This document shows positions 31,177 to 41,828 of a DNA stretch of 54,379 nt, piece by piece (positions within the stretch are counted from its first letter, which is position 1; every line of letters starts with the position of its first letter). Origin of the DNA: a virus. The notes under the pieces are model-generated. The model made no database searches and was not told where the DNA came from. It saw only the letters and a program-made list of their open reading frames with translations. The stretch covers positions 1 through 54,379 of the IMG/VR virus record IMGVR_UViG_3300011625_000001; one strand, 5' to 3'. A program made the translations under genes and the position numbers.

Positions 31177-33105
31177 ATGCACATACGGATTAATGATTTT
31201 GCTGGCACGTTCCCGCGCTTGCACCCAACAAAATTACCGGAACACGCGGCGCAGTCGTGTCAAAACGTCATGGTCGAGCACGACATACTATCGCCAAGCA
31301 ATCAGGCGGTGCAGTCGTTCCCATCAAACGAGGTAGGGCTTGAGAAGTTTGTGAGCGCTACCTTTTTTCAGTATGGCGGGCAGACGTATAAAAAATTTAG
31401 TAATGAGCAGGTATCGTTCGCCTTTTCACCCGTCCATGAGTCGTACAAGCTTTACTGGACTGGCGAGGGTGCGGTTAATAAGCCGTTAAGATTTAACGTG
31501 TGGGAAACCAATTTGTCGGGCAGCCTGGTATCAGATAGGTTTGATTATATCGCTGGTATGCCGCCAATAGACCCTATCAATATTAGCGTGACCGCAGTTA
31601 TTAAAGGGCCGCCATTGCCGCCACCAGAGCCAGCCGAAGATGGCACGCCAGCACCGACGCCAGCGCCAGTGATACCAGAGGGCACAAAAGTTACTGGCGA
31701 TGAGCTTGCTAAGATCATGAGCACGCAATTATTTAGAAATATATTTTCCAAGGTGATAGAGCAGGTAAAGGCCGCCAACGAAAACAAGAAAGAACCTGAA
31801 CTTGACGACGCTGTTACCGAGGCGGTCAGCAGTCCACCAGTGAATAAAGAGGCTCGCGTCTATGCCTTTACTTATGTCAATCGCTTTGGTGATGAATCCG
31901 TACCCAGCGTGAAAGAGGAGCTTATCTTTACCGAGCTTGGTGATAAGCCAGTACTTACCATTACCTATGCCGCTGGCGAGCGTGAAAACTTGGTCCAAAA
32001 CTACGGGGTGAATAAAATAAGGCTGTACCGTTCCGTCACCAATTCGCTAGGCGTCGCGCAATTTTTGTTTATTAAAGAAGTAAGTTTGTCGATGACCGGC
32101 AGCGCAATAGAGATTACCGACGATGTGCCGCAAGGTTCATTAATGATAGGTGAGCCATTGGCAACGATTAACTATGATCCGCCGCGTGTCGGCATGAGAG
32201 GGTTGGGCGTTACCGATTCAGGCGTCGGCTATGCGTATGTTGATAAGACGATATGCTTATCTGAACCGTATATTCTGTACGCATGGCCGAGATACTACGA
32301 GATGAGCACGCAGCATACCATCATGGGTATGGGGCATTACGACAATACTATTGTGGTCGCTACGACTGGCAATCCGGTGCTTATCACTGGTGATGCGCCT
32401 GAAAGTATGGGCGCACTTAGCTTGCCACTGTATGAAGGCTGTGTGTCGTCACGTAGCATGGTTAATTTAAATCACGGCTGTATGTATGCCAGCGAAAACG
32501 GCCTAGTGCTGGTGACAGGCAATAGCGCCAAACTGCTAACCGAGACATTATTTGCAACAGATGACTGGCAAAAGATAAAGCCATCAAGCATACATGCCAG
32601 CAGCTATAAAAACGGCTATCTATTCTTTTGGGATAATGGCAGCGCAAAGGGCAGTGGTTATATTGATCTTAATAATCCCGCCAAAGGGGTGATGTGGTTT
32701 GATGATTATGCGCTTAATACCTTTTTAGACAAGGGCGTTGTGCAGATGATAACCCGGCAAACGGATTATCTGAACACCACGCTATCCGTCTATAAAGCCT
32801 TTAACCCTGAATATGGTCAGGACAAAACCAAGAAGGTTTATAAGTGGCGCTCAAAGACATTCAAGATAGACACGCCAAGACGTATGCTTGCCGCGCAAGT
32901 TATCGCAGACACCTATGAGGCTGGCACGATAACCTTCCGCGTCTATGCGGATGGGGCGCTACTACATGAGACACTGGTGAGTAGTGAACGAGCTTTTAGA
33001 ATAAAAAACCACAGCGCCCGCCGCGACTTCTCAGTAGAGGTGCAATCAAGCACACCTATTCGTGAGATTGTGCTTGGCGAGACGATGCGCGATTTAATTG
33101 TATAG
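31177..33105 (+). CDS. Tail structural protein (642 aa)
   Basis: Large ORF directly upstream of the fibre gene. No motif recognised. Confidence 0.5.
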   Translation: MHIRINDFAGTFPRLHPTKLPEHAAQSCQNVMVEHDILSPSNQAVQSFPSNEVGLEKFVSATFFQYGGQTYKKFSNEQVSFAFSPVHESYKLYWTGEGAVNKPLRFNVWETNLSGSLVSDRFDYIAGMPPIDPINISVTAVIKGPPLPPPEPAEDGTPAPTPAPVIPEGTKVTGDELAKIMSTQLFRNIFSKVIEQVKAANENKKEPELDDAVTEAVSSPPVNKEARVYAFTYVNRFGDESVPSVKEELIFTELGDKPVLTITYAAGERENLVQNYGVNKIRLYRSVTNSLGVAQFLFIKEVSLSMTGSAIEITDDVPQGSLMIGEPLATINYDPPRVGMRGLGVTDSGVGYAYVDKTICLSEPYILYAWPRYYEMSTQHTIMGMGHYDNTIVVATTGNPVLITGDAPESMGALSLPLYEGCVSSRSMVNLNHGCMYASENGLVLVTGNSAKLLTETLFATDDWQKIKPSSIHASSYKNGYLFFWDNGSAKGSGYIDLNNPAKGVMWFDDYALNTFLDKGVVQMITRQTDYLNTTLSVYKAFNPEYGQDKTKKVYKWRSKTFKIDTPRRMLAAQVIADTYEAGTITFRVYADGALLHETLVSSERAFRIKNHSARRDFSVEVQSSTPIREIVLGETMRDLIV

Positions 33106-33113
33106 GTGACACC

Positions 33114-36100
33114 ATGACAGTAAAAATTCGTTTGCCAAACATACCGCGCAGCGCAGACCGTGACACAATGGTGTTTTTCAAAGGCTTGAAGGTTGCACTT
33201 GAGACACTTGCCAGCAGTGACGCGGATAGCAATATCAGCGCTAAGACCAGACAGTATATTCAGCAGCTTAATAAAAAAAGCAATCAAGAGCTTGTAGATG
33301 TTTTAGGAGATTCATTAGGGGTTGGCAATCTGCTTGATATCCTAAATGGCAGTATAACCAATTCGCAGTTGCATAAAGATTTAAGCACACGCATAGAAAA
33401 GATAACATCTAATGAAAACGCGATTAGCCAAGAGCGCTTGGAGCGTGTGGCTGATGTGTTGGCCGCTAACGAGGCGCTTATACAAGAGCGCCGCGACAGG
33501 GTGCAAGCGATCACAGATAGCTCAAATCTATTACAGCAAGATATCGATGCAGAAGTTTCGGCTCGAGTAAACGCGATAAGCGATACCAGAGATCAAGTAT
33601 TAGCTGAGCGCAACGAGCGTGTGGCTGACCTATTGCTTGTTAATGGCAAGATAACCCAAGAAGCAGAAGATAGACTTCAAGCCATTGCTGCAACCAACAC
33701 TGCATTAGAGGGTGAGACGCGAGATCGTATTGCCGCCATACTTGCCGCTAATACCGCTATAGATTCTGAGCGCGAAGCACGTATAGCAAGCGTTCTGGAA
33801 AATAGCAACGCCATCGCAACAGAGGCACAGGAACGAGCTGACGCTATTCTTGCGACCAACCAAGCGGTGACTGACGAGCGCCGTGACCGTATCGAAGAAG
33901 TCAAAAACAAGGCGTCCGAATTACAGAGCAAAATTGACGCAGAAGGTGCAGAGCGATTACGTCTTGATAACTTGTTAGCACAGGACATTGTAAATGAAAC
34001 AACGCAGCGTCAAAATGAAACGGGCGTCTTGACCGAACAGTTTAACGGCGTTTATGCTCAAGTCAATCCGAGAATGGCTGGTGACGTTAATGGCTGGGCG
34101 GGTGATAATGATTATTTTGCAGGGGTTTGGTCCTTGCAATCAGCACGTATTGAAGATGGACTTGCGACAGCAAAGAATTTTGATGTGGTAAAAGCAAGCA
34201 TTGATAGTAATACTGCCACTATTAGCCAAGTGAATACAGCGCTAGTAACCAAAACAGAGGTGGTCGCGAATCAAATTGACATGCTATCTGCGCAAATGGT
34301 TGGTGGGTATAAAGGTAGTGACTTAAACCAAGTAACGTCAGGGCTTATTTTCCAAGAGCGAACCGCTAGAGCTACCGAGTTTGAGGGATTGGCAGAGCAA
34401 GTAAGCTTGCTATCGGCTGGCGTGGGTGAGCAGTTTGACCCATTTGAGATATGGCACTTTAACGAGGATAAGGATGGTTGGACTGGTGGCACGTATAACA
34501 ACGGATTCATCGACGTTAGTAACGACACGCTAACAAGCCCAGCGATTGATATCAACGGTTCTATGTATCGCCATATAAAGATGCGTATCAAGAAAGTTGG
34601 CAACCCTACATGGTCCGCAAAGATTATGTATGGCGCTATTGAGCAAACAGAGAAAGAACCAGACTTTGACCTTGACGGTATTGCAACCATATCTATTCGT
34701 ATGCAGTGGACCGGTACAGTAACAGGCCTTACTTTACGGTTAAGTGATATCGCGAGCACCACTAATTACTATTCTATCGACTGGATAGCAGTCGGCAGAC
34801 CGTCACCTGGCGCTAGTAGTGCAGCCTTACTTAATGAGCAGCGTGCAAGATCAGAGAAAGACGAAGCGCTTGCGCAATCAATAACCACGCTTGATAGTAA
34901 AGTGAATACTGAAACCAGTAATCTATCGTCAACCATCACGCAGGGCTTAACCACTTTAACCACAGCCACAGAAACCAACGCCACTAATATATCAGGACTT
35001 AGCTCGCGCATAGATGGTGAGCTTGGTGATATAACAGCAGTCATCGATGGTAATTATCAGACTCAGGCGACAGAAAACGCAGCCACCGCCGTTAAGTTAG
35101 ATAGCGTCATAGCTAAGGCCGGTGCGAATTCAGCAGCGATCACAAGCGAAGCCAGCGCAAGAGTCTCCGAAGATGAGGCATTAAGCAGCCGCATTGATAC
35201 GTTGGTATCAACCACTGATGCAAACTCAGCAGCCATTGAGTCAGAGGTGACAGCCAGAACTACGCAGGACACAGCGCTTAGTAGTCGTATTGACACGCTA
35301 ACAGCTACGACTGGAGAGAACACCGCAGCTATTCAAACAGAGGTTGCTGCTAGAGCCACCGAGGACGACGCCCTAAGTAGCAGGATTGAAACACTTGTTG
35401 CTACCACTGGTAGCAATACCGCAGCAATCACCTCAGAAGTAACAGCCAGAACCACTGAGGATACCGCACTTAGTGGACGCATTGACACCCTATCTTCCAA
35501 GACCGATGGTAGCTTAGCGTTAATTACTAGCGATATTGAGACACTAACCACCGACACAACCGCGACGGCCACAAAACTAGATGGGGTTTTTGCACAAATT
35601 AATCCCAAGCTGGCAGGTGATACGGACGGCTGGGCAGGTGATACGGAAAGCTATGTTGGCGTGTGGACTGAACAATCAGCACGTATTGAAGAAGATTTTG
35701 CGCTAGGTCAACGCATTGATACTTTGAACGCAGATTTCGATAACAGCAATGCTTTAATACAAAGTAATTACAAAGTGCTTGCAGAAGTAGATAGCGCACT
35801 TGCTATGCAGACCGATGTTATTCGCGCTAGAACTGAGCAGAATACCGCTGCTATCAATACTGAAACGCAGGCGCGTACTGACGCTAATAGCGCTATGTCT
35901 AGCCGTATCGATACGCTGAGCGCTGTAACGGATGATAATAAAGCTACCATTACCAGTGAATCGATTGCGCGTACCAGCGAGGACGAGGCGCTTAGCAAGC
36001 GCATTAACACGATTGTTGCAACAACCAATGGCAACGCCGCCGCTATTCAGACTGAGGCTACCGCACGAACCAATGCTGATAGTGCCATGTCTAACCGTAT

Positions 36101-38756
36101 TGATACGCTGACTACCACGACTGGCGAAAATAGCGCCGCTATCCAAACAGAGGTCACAGCGCGTACTGACGCCGATAGTGCATTGAGCACGAGGATTGAA
36201 ACACTCGTTGCAACGACAGGCACTAATACAGCATCCATCGCTCAAGAAGTTATTACTCGAACCACTGAAGATGAGGCATTAAGCAGCCGCATTGACACGT
36301 TGGTATCAACCACTGGCACCAACTCAGCGCTTATTCAAACAGAAACGCAAGCACGTACCAATGCTGATAGCTCACTAAGCAGTAGAATAGACACATTGGT
36401 ATCAACCACGGGCGAAAACACTGCCGCCATTCAAGACAATTTTGAGGCGCTAACGACCGAAAATAGCGCTCAAGCAAAACGGATTGACGGGGTTTACGCG
36501 CAAGTTAATCCAAAAATGGCAGGTGATACCGAAGGGTGGGCAGGTGATGATAGTCCGCAAAACCTAGTGGGCGCATGGAGTGAGCGCAGTGCGATTATTG
36601 AAAACGATTTGTCAATGGCAAAGCGCGTCGATGGCTTAACCACCGAGGTAGGTAATAACAAAGCAACCATCACTGAGGTTAATAAAACCCTAGTCACTAA
36701 AAACGAGGCGGTGGCGTCGCAGATAAATCGCCTCGCCGCGCAAATGACCGGAGGTTATAACGGCGATGACTTATCACAGCTAACATCGGGGCTTATTCAT
36801 CAAGAACGCACCGCACGCGCGACTGACATTGAAGGATTGGCAGAGCAAGTAAGCTTGCTATCGGCTGGCGTGGGTGAGCAGTTTGATAGTTTTGAGATCT
36901 GGCACTTTGATAAAAATCATGACGGCTGGGTAAACGGTGTTTACGCGAACGGCTGGATCAACGTCAGAACCGAAACCATTAATAGCCCGGTAATTAGTGT
37001 TGATGGCAGTATGTATCGGCATGTCAAACTACGCATACAAAAAGTAGGTACGCCAACATGGGCTGCGTTACTGACGTATGCTGGCGGCAGCTTAACCGCG
37101 GCTGAGCCTGAATATACACCAGAAGGGTTTGCGATTGTTAATTTCTACATGGAATGGTCAGGAACTGTTACGGGGTTTAGCCTAAAGCTTGCCAGCCTAG
37201 CAGACAACTTAAACTACTTTAAGATTGACTGGATAGCGGTCGGCAGACCGTCACCTGGCGCAAGTCATGCCGCGCTACTACGTGAAGAAAAAGCGCGGGC
37301 CGATAAAGATACAGCGCTGACACAGCAATTTGTCTCGCTTGATAGTCAGATTAATGGTGATGGGGTTAATTCGTCATCATCTATCGTGCAAAAGCTTGAA
37401 ACTACCGCTACTAAAACCGATACCAATGCCACTGATATATCAAACCTATCATCAACTTTTAATGATGAGGTGATGAGTAGTCAAGGTATCGTGGCTCGTA
37501 ACGCGCAGACAGCCGCCAGTGCCAGTGCTGCTAATGCAAGCGATATTAGTGGGGTGTTTGCTCAGGTAAATCCGCGCATGGCAGGTGATGAAGAAGGCTG
37601 GGCGGGTGACGATTCACCAGAGAATCTGGTCGGTGTTTGGAGTGAGCGTAGCGCAAGCCAAGAGCTTGAGTATTCAACCAGCCAGCAATTCGATGCGGTG
37701 TACTCAAGAGTGGACGGCAATAGCGCCGCTATCTCAACTGAAAGTAAAACGCGGGTAGATGCTATCAAAGCATTGTCAGAACAAACCACAACCATACGCG
37801 CAGACTTTGCGGCCAACGCTGGTGTAATGCAGACCGCTATCACGGCGGTGGCTGATGCCAACACTGCATTATCCAAACGCACTGATACCATACAATCAAC
37901 CGTTGGCGAGCATACATCGTCTATACAAACAGCGCAAAGTGCTATCAATGGTATCAATGCGAGCTGGACAATCCGCGCTGATGTGAATGGAGTGATAGGT
38001 GGGCTTGGGATTGCCAATGATGGTCGCACCGTTGATTTTCTTGTGAGCGCTGGCAGGTTTGCGATTGCCGGGCAGAATGGAAGCACGTCAACACCGTTTG
38101 TATCGATACCTGATGGCACAGTGATTGATGGTGTGACTATACCGGCAGGTAACTACTTAGAAGATACTTTTATTCGTAGAGCGTCGATTGATACTTTAGA
38201 TATTAAAGGTAATGCGGTAACGGTGCCAGTATCGGCATTTACAGAGGCAGCGATAGAGGTTGGAAGTCTGTACGAGACAATACAAAGTTTGTTTGTACCG
38301 GCCGATATGGGTCATACCATGCTAAATTTTAATGCTATTTTCAACTTCCCAGGTTACGCGCGTAAGCAAAGTATTTTATGTCGTATCGTAAAGGGCGGCG
38401 CGGTGATTGCTGACAATATAGAGGTGTTTTTTAGTGAAGCAAGGTCAGCAAGCCGAGTAACGTCTGCCGTTGATGCGTCAGGGCACAATCACGGCGGAAG
38501 CTTTCAAGGCTCAGCCTACGTCAACGGGCAGTTCATCAATATTGGTGGACCAGTACATATAGATTATGCATCCGGTGGTTCTCATAGTCACAATATCGAT
38601 GTGGCGAACGACAACCGAAATGCAGGCAGTTTTTCGTTATCAAGACACGATAGTACGGGGGTGGCTGGCACTTATGAGCTACAAATGCGTGTGGCTGATG
38701 GAAGCACTGCCAATTTATCCCAACGTTACATTCATGCCATGACCATGCGGAGATAA
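33114..38756 (+). CDS. Giant repetitive tail fibre / host-specificity protein (1880 aa) with J-like C-terminal region
   Basis: About eleven 32-aa repeats (..ARTxxDxALSSRIDTLvxTTGxNxAAIQxE..). Two ~265-aa duplicated modules. Four GV[YF]AQ[VI]NPxxAGDxxGWAGD motifs. C-terminal WTIRADVNGVIGGLGIANDGRTVDFLVSAGRFAIAG resembles lambda J / DUF1983. Confidence 0.8.
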   Translation: MTVKIRLPNIPRSADRDTMVFFKGLKVALETLASSDADSNISAKTRQYIQQLNKKSNQELVDVLGDSLGVGNLLDILNGSITNSQLHKDLSTRIEKITSNENAISQERLERVADVLAANEALIQERRDRVQAITDSSNLLQQDIDAEVSARVNAISDTRDQVLAERNERVADLLLVNGKITQEAEDRLQAIAATNTALEGETRDRIAAILAANTAIDSEREARIASVLENSNAIATEAQERADAILATNQAVTDERRDRIEEVKNKASELQSKIDAEGAERLRLDNLLAQDIVNETTQRQNETGVLTEQFNGVYAQVNPRMAGDVNGWAGDNDYFAGVWSLQSARIEDGLATAKNFDVVKASIDSNTATISQVNTALVTKTEVVANQIDMLSAQMVGGYKGSDLNQVTSGLIFQERTARATEFEGLAEQVSLLSAGVGEQFDPFEIWHFNEDKDGWTGGTYNNGFIDVSNDTLTSPAIDINGSMYRHIKMRIKKVGNPTWSAKIMYGAIEQTEKEPDFDLDGIATISIRMQWTGTVTGLTLRLSDIASTTNYYSIDWIAVGRPSPGASSAALLNEQRARSEKDEALAQSITTLDSKVNTETSNLSSTITQGLTTLTTATETNATNISGLSSRIDGELGDITAVIDGNYQTQATENAATAVKLDSVIAKAGANSAAITSEASARVSEDEALSSRIDTLVSTTDANSAAIESEVTARTTQDTALSSRIDTLTATTGENTAAIQTEVAARATEDDALSSRIETLVATTGSNTAAITSEVTARTTEDTALSGRIDTLSSKTDGSLALITSDIETLTTDTTATATKLDGVFAQINPKLAGDTDGWAGDTESYVGVWTEQSARIEEDFALGQRIDTLNADFDNSNALIQSNYKVLAEVDSALAMQTDVIRARTEQNTAAINTETQARTDANSAMSSRIDTLSAVTDDNKATITSESIARTSEDEALSKRINTIVATTNGNAAAIQTEATARTNADSAMSNRIDTLTTTTGENSAAIQTEVTARTDADSALSTRIETLVATTGTNTASIAQEVITRTTEDEALSSRIDTLVSTTGTNSALIQTETQARTNADSSLSSRIDTLVSTTGENTAAIQDNFEALTTENSAQAKRIDGVYAQVNPKMAGDTEGWAGDDSPQNLVGAWSERSAIIENDLSMAKRVDGLTTEVGNNKATITEVNKTLVTKNEAVASQINRLAAQMTGGYNGDDLSQLTSGLIHQERTARATDIEGLAEQVSLLSAGVGEQFDSFEIWHFDKNHDGWVNGVYANGWINVRTETINSPVISVDGSMYRHVKLRIQKVGTPTWAALLTYAGGSLTAAEPEYTPEGFAIVNFYMEWSGTVTGFSLKLASLADNLNYFKIDWIAVGRPSPGASHAALLREEKARADKDTALTQQFVSLDSQINGDGVNSSSSIVQKLETTATKTDTNATDISNLSSTFNDEVMSSQGIVARNAQTAASASAANASDISGVFAQVNPRMAGDEEGWAGDDSPENLVGVWSERSASQELEYSTSQQFDAVYSRVDGNSAAISTESKTRVDAIKALSEQTTTIRADFAANAGVMQTAITAVADANTALSKRTDTIQSTVGEHTSSIQTAQSAINGINASWTIRADVNGVIGGLGIANDGRTVDFLVSAGRFAIAGQNGSTSTPFVSIPDGTVIDGVTIPAGNYLEDTFIRRASIDTLDIKGNAVTVPVSAFTEAAIEVGSLYETIQSLFVPADMGHTMLNFNAIFNFPGYARKQSILCRIVKGGAVIADNIEVFFSEARSASRVTSAVDASGHNHGGSFQGSAYVNGQFINIGGPVHIDYASGGSHSHNIDVANDNRNAGSFSLSRHDSTGVAGTYELQMRVADGSTANLSQRYIHAMTMRR

Positions 38757-38760
38757 AAAA

Positions 38761-38955
38761 ATGGCTCACTATGCAGTATATAAGACGGACACGGGCGAGA
38801 TAGTAAAGACGGTAGAAGGTCCAACTTGGTTTATTGAGGATATGCCGATAGGAGAAAACGAGTCTATTGTGCCTATTGATAGACAGGCTGATGATCGATA
38901 TGAGTATATTAAAAATGGCAAACTAACCGATAAAGAGAGTTTGCCGCTACAGTAA
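38761..38955 (+). CDS. Small protein after the fibre gene (possible fibre assembly chaperone)
   Basis: Assigned by position. N-terminal YAVYKTDTGEIV resembles Tfa-type starts. Confidence 0.35.
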   Translation: MAHYAVYKTDTGEIVKTVEGPTWFIEDMPIGENESIVPIDRQADDRYEYIKNGKLTDKESLPLQ

Positions 38956-39034
38956 TTTGTTATACTAAACCTATAATAAAAGCAGCATACTTGTAGCACT
39001 TAGGCAGTCTTTGCCACCTCACAACAAACAGATA

Positions 39035-39063
39035 CCTAGTCATTTACAGATGATTGGGTTTTT
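39035..39063 (+). terminator. Intrinsic terminator after the fibre module
   Basis: 9-bp stem CCUAGUCAU/AUGAUUGGG (two G-U pairs), loop UUACAG, then 5 U. Confidence 0.6.
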
Positions 39064-39117
39064 GTCGTGTCTAAAATTCATAAATTACATATTCATTATT
39101 AAATAAGCGAGGGCGTC

Positions 39118-39849
39118 ATGGGCTTTTTAAGCGGCATACTTGGGGCGGCAACAGGGTTTTTAACGGGTGGTCCGGCTGGTGCTGTGATTGGCGGGGTTGG
39201 TGGCTTGCTCAGCGGTAACGAGCAAGAAAAGCAGCAGAAAAAGGCGGACGGCTATAACGACGCTTCACTTGCCTTGCAAAGAGAGCAGATGGAGATTGCC
39301 AAAAAGAAACAGGAGGACTACGAGAAGATATACGGTCCGATTGAGACAAACTATCTATCACTGGTGAGGCAGGGCGCAAAGCCTGATATAGAGGGCGTGA
39401 CCACGAGAGCCATTGGCGATGTTAATACTCAGTTCGCCAATTCAGAAGCCGCACGACTCAGACAGATGCAGCGCACAGGCGTCAATCCCAATAGCGGACG
39501 TGCTGATTCATTAGGGCGTCAACTGTCTTTATCACGAGCACTTGCACTGGCAGGAACGGTTAATCAGACGCGCCAGCAAGAAATGGACCGAGCCGAGGAT
39601 TTAACCTTTGCGCGTTATCAAGACGCCAATCAGACCGGTATCAACAAGCTAAATGGCGTGCAATCAAATATCGATAGCGCCTCAACCGCGCTGTCTCAGA
39701 CCTACACCAATCGCGCCGATCAATCGCAAGCCAATGCCAATAGTACAGCGAATAACTGGGCTGATCTTGGTGGTACCGTTTTCAAAGCATGGGATCAATA
39801 TAAAAATAAGCCAGCAAAGACCACGGTCGGCACCGGCGTTTGGATGTAA
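39118..39849 (+). CDS. Internal virion/ejection protein (243 aa) with Gly-rich hydrophobic N-terminus
   Basis: N-terminal GFLSGILGAATGFLTGGPAGAVIGGVGGLLSG followed by a Q/N-rich coiled region. First of three consecutive ejection-type genes. Confidence 0.5.
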   Translation: MGFLSGILGAATGFLTGGPAGAVIGGVGGLLSGNEQEKQQKKADGYNDASLALQREQMEIAKKKQEDYEKIYGPIETNYLSLVRQGAKPDIEGVTTRAIGDVNTQFANSEAARLRQMQRTGVNPNSGRADSLGRQLSLSRALALAGTVNQTRQQEMDRAEDLTFARYQDANQTGINKLNGVQSNIDSASTALSQTYTNRADQSQANANSTANNWADLGGTVFKAWDQYKNKPAKTTVGTGVWM

Positions 39850-39862
39850 TTAGGAGAATGGC

Positions 39863-41821
39863 ATGAGTAGCTTAACCGGCATTGCGCAGTTTACCAATCG
39901 TTTCGCCCAAAACATCATGGGTTATGAGCAGGATAAAAAAGACGAGGCTGAACGTGTAGCGGACAAGCAGTACAACCGCAACCGCCAACAGCAGACGGAT
40001 TTACGAGAGCAGCAAAACCATGATGTGACGCTTGAAGGCAATCAGATAACGCTGAATCAGAACAAGATTAAAAATCAAGAGTTTAACGATTCAGTAACCT
40101 ATGAGCAGACACGCAATCAACTGGCTTACTTAGATGGTATCGGTGCGGACGAGCAGCAAAAAATTGATGTATTGGCCAAAGCGGTCAACAGCAATCAAAA
40201 GCTACCGTACAAGATTGAGTTCGAGCGTGACGTAACCACAGGCAAGATTATTCAACGTCAAGGTCCAGACGGCAAGCCGTTCTATTTTCAAACCATCATC
40301 GATAAAGAAACCGGTCAAGAGCTTGGGCGCAAGGGCACAACATTTGAAGAAGCGACTGGTAATTACAACCAGCTACAAAACGCAGGCGCGATTGAAGATG
40401 AAATTAAAGCAGCAGCAGCAGCGCGCGAAGCCGCTAAGCAGAAGGCGCAGGACGAGCTTAGCTTGTATAAGGGTAAGGCGTTGGTTGATGACGCCAAAGA
40501 CGCCAATAAACAACAGCGTGAGCATATCTACAAAGTCGATGAAATGGGTATTAAGCATGGCTATACCGTTGATGAGCTAGGCGTGAAGCATGGCTTTACG
40601 ATTGATGAGCTAGGCGTCAGACACGCGAACGCCGTGGACTTATCAAACGTCAATAGTCAAAACCGTATTGGCGAATACGTTGGGCGCTCAGACGTTGACG
40701 CAGGTGGTACGCCTATCGTTAATGGCGGCGGCGGACAAGGCGCGGTAAGTGTGGTTGCAGCAGGCCCAGGCTGGACTAAGATGGAAATGCCAGACGGCAC
40801 CGTAGTAACAGCCAAAGGAAACCGTAACTTTAGAAATAATAATATAGGAAACATTGAGTACGGCCCGTTTGCAAAAGCCAATGGGGCGATAGGTAGTGAT
40901 GGCAGATTTGCTGTATTCCCCGATAATGAGACGGGCGCAAAAGCGATGGAGAGTTTAATTTTTGGCAGCAATAGCTACCGAAATTTACCGTTATCAAAAG
41001 CTATTGGTAGGTACGCACCTAAGTTTGAGAACGATACCGCAGGTTACGCGAGCAAAGTATTGGCAGCAGTAGGCGGTAAAAACAAACCTATGAGTCAATA
41101 CACAGCCAGTGAGCGCCAAGCAATCATAAGAACAATGGTGTCTATAGAGGGTAAAAATAACGCTACTTACTCAGGCGGCGGTAATACCATTGCTCGCTCA
41201 GTGCCAGCCATTCCAAAACTACCAAAGGGCGCAAGTAAAACCAATCAGACGCCATCACAAGCCGTCAGAACCACAAAAGACTATAACGCCACAGTTGATA
41301 AGGGCGTCAATATTGCGCTAAAAGACGTGAAGAATCTAGGTATCAAGCCGGATGCTGCCACCACTGCCACCTACGCACGTGCTGGCACGAAGCTAAAAAG
41401 CATGGGTACAGCCAAGAATGAGCAAGAGTTTTTAAGCTTATATCAAGAAGCGTTTGACTTAGTGATTAGCGCTGTACCAGAGCCAAGGGGTAAGAAGAAA
41501 TCGATGAGTAAGGCTGATAAGAACGCCCTAGGGCATAAAGTATTGCTTTCAATGGCAGGCGCGTCATCACTTGGTCAGCTCAAGCAAATGATCTACGACA
41601 TCAATCCCAATGCAAGAGGCGGTGGGTCTACTGCCAGTGCCAATACAGGTGGTGGGCTGATGTTACCCGGTCAGCAGCCAAAAGCGCCAGCAAGACAAAC
41701 TTCGCAAACCGGTAAGCTGCAAGCTCTATCCTTACGCGGCTTGCCAGCGGTAAAGACTGACCCAAAAGCCGCCGAAAACCTTAATTACTTAGAAAACCTA
41801 AACGACAACATGGACTGGTAG
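39863..41821 (+). CDS. Internal virion/ejection protein (652 aa)
   Basis: Assigned by position. The central NRNFRNNNIGNIEYGPFA...AIGRYAPKFENDTAGYASKV motif recurs in virion-associated phage proteins, from memory. Confidence 0.5.
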   Translation: MSSLTGIAQFTNRFAQNIMGYEQDKKDEAERVADKQYNRNRQQQTDLREQQNHDVTLEGNQITLNQNKIKNQEFNDSVTYEQTRNQLAYLDGIGADEQQKIDVLAKAVNSNQKLPYKIEFERDVTTGKIIQRQGPDGKPFYFQTIIDKETGQELGRKGTTFEEATGNYNQLQNAGAIEDEIKAAAAAREAAKQKAQDELSLYKGKALVDDAKDANKQQREHIYKVDEMGIKHGYTVDELGVKHGFTIDELGVRHANAVDLSNVNSQNRIGEYVGRSDVDAGGTPIVNGGGGQGAVSVVAAGPGWTKMEMPDGTVVTAKGNRNFRNNNIGNIEYGPFAKANGAIGSDGRFAVFPDNETGAKAMESLIFGSNSYRNLPLSKAIGRYAPKFENDTAGYASKVLAAVGGKNKPMSQYTASERQAIIRTMVSIEGKNNATYSGGGNTIARSVPAIPKLPKGASKTNQTPSQAVRTTKDYNATVDKGVNIALKDVKNLGIKPDAATTATYARAGTKLKSMGTAKNEQEFLSLYQEAFDLVISAVPEPRGKKKSMSKADKNALGHKVLLSMAGASSLGQLKQMIYDINPNARGGGSTASANTGGGLMLPGQQPKAPARQTSQTGKLQALSLRGLPAVKTDPKAAENLNYLENLNDNMDW

Positions 41822-41828
41822 ATAAACT

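Noticed and set aside
31151-31336. 61-aa ORF after the endolysin as a spanin candidate
   Set aside because: It has no lipobox or TM segment, is extremely Arg-rich, and overlaps the start of the 642-aa tail gene in another frame.
35100-36440. Regular 96-nt repeats considered as a CRISPR array or satellite
   Set aside because: The repeats are in-frame, diverged at the protein level in a pattern typical of coiled-coil fibre repeats, and have no repeat-spacer alternation.
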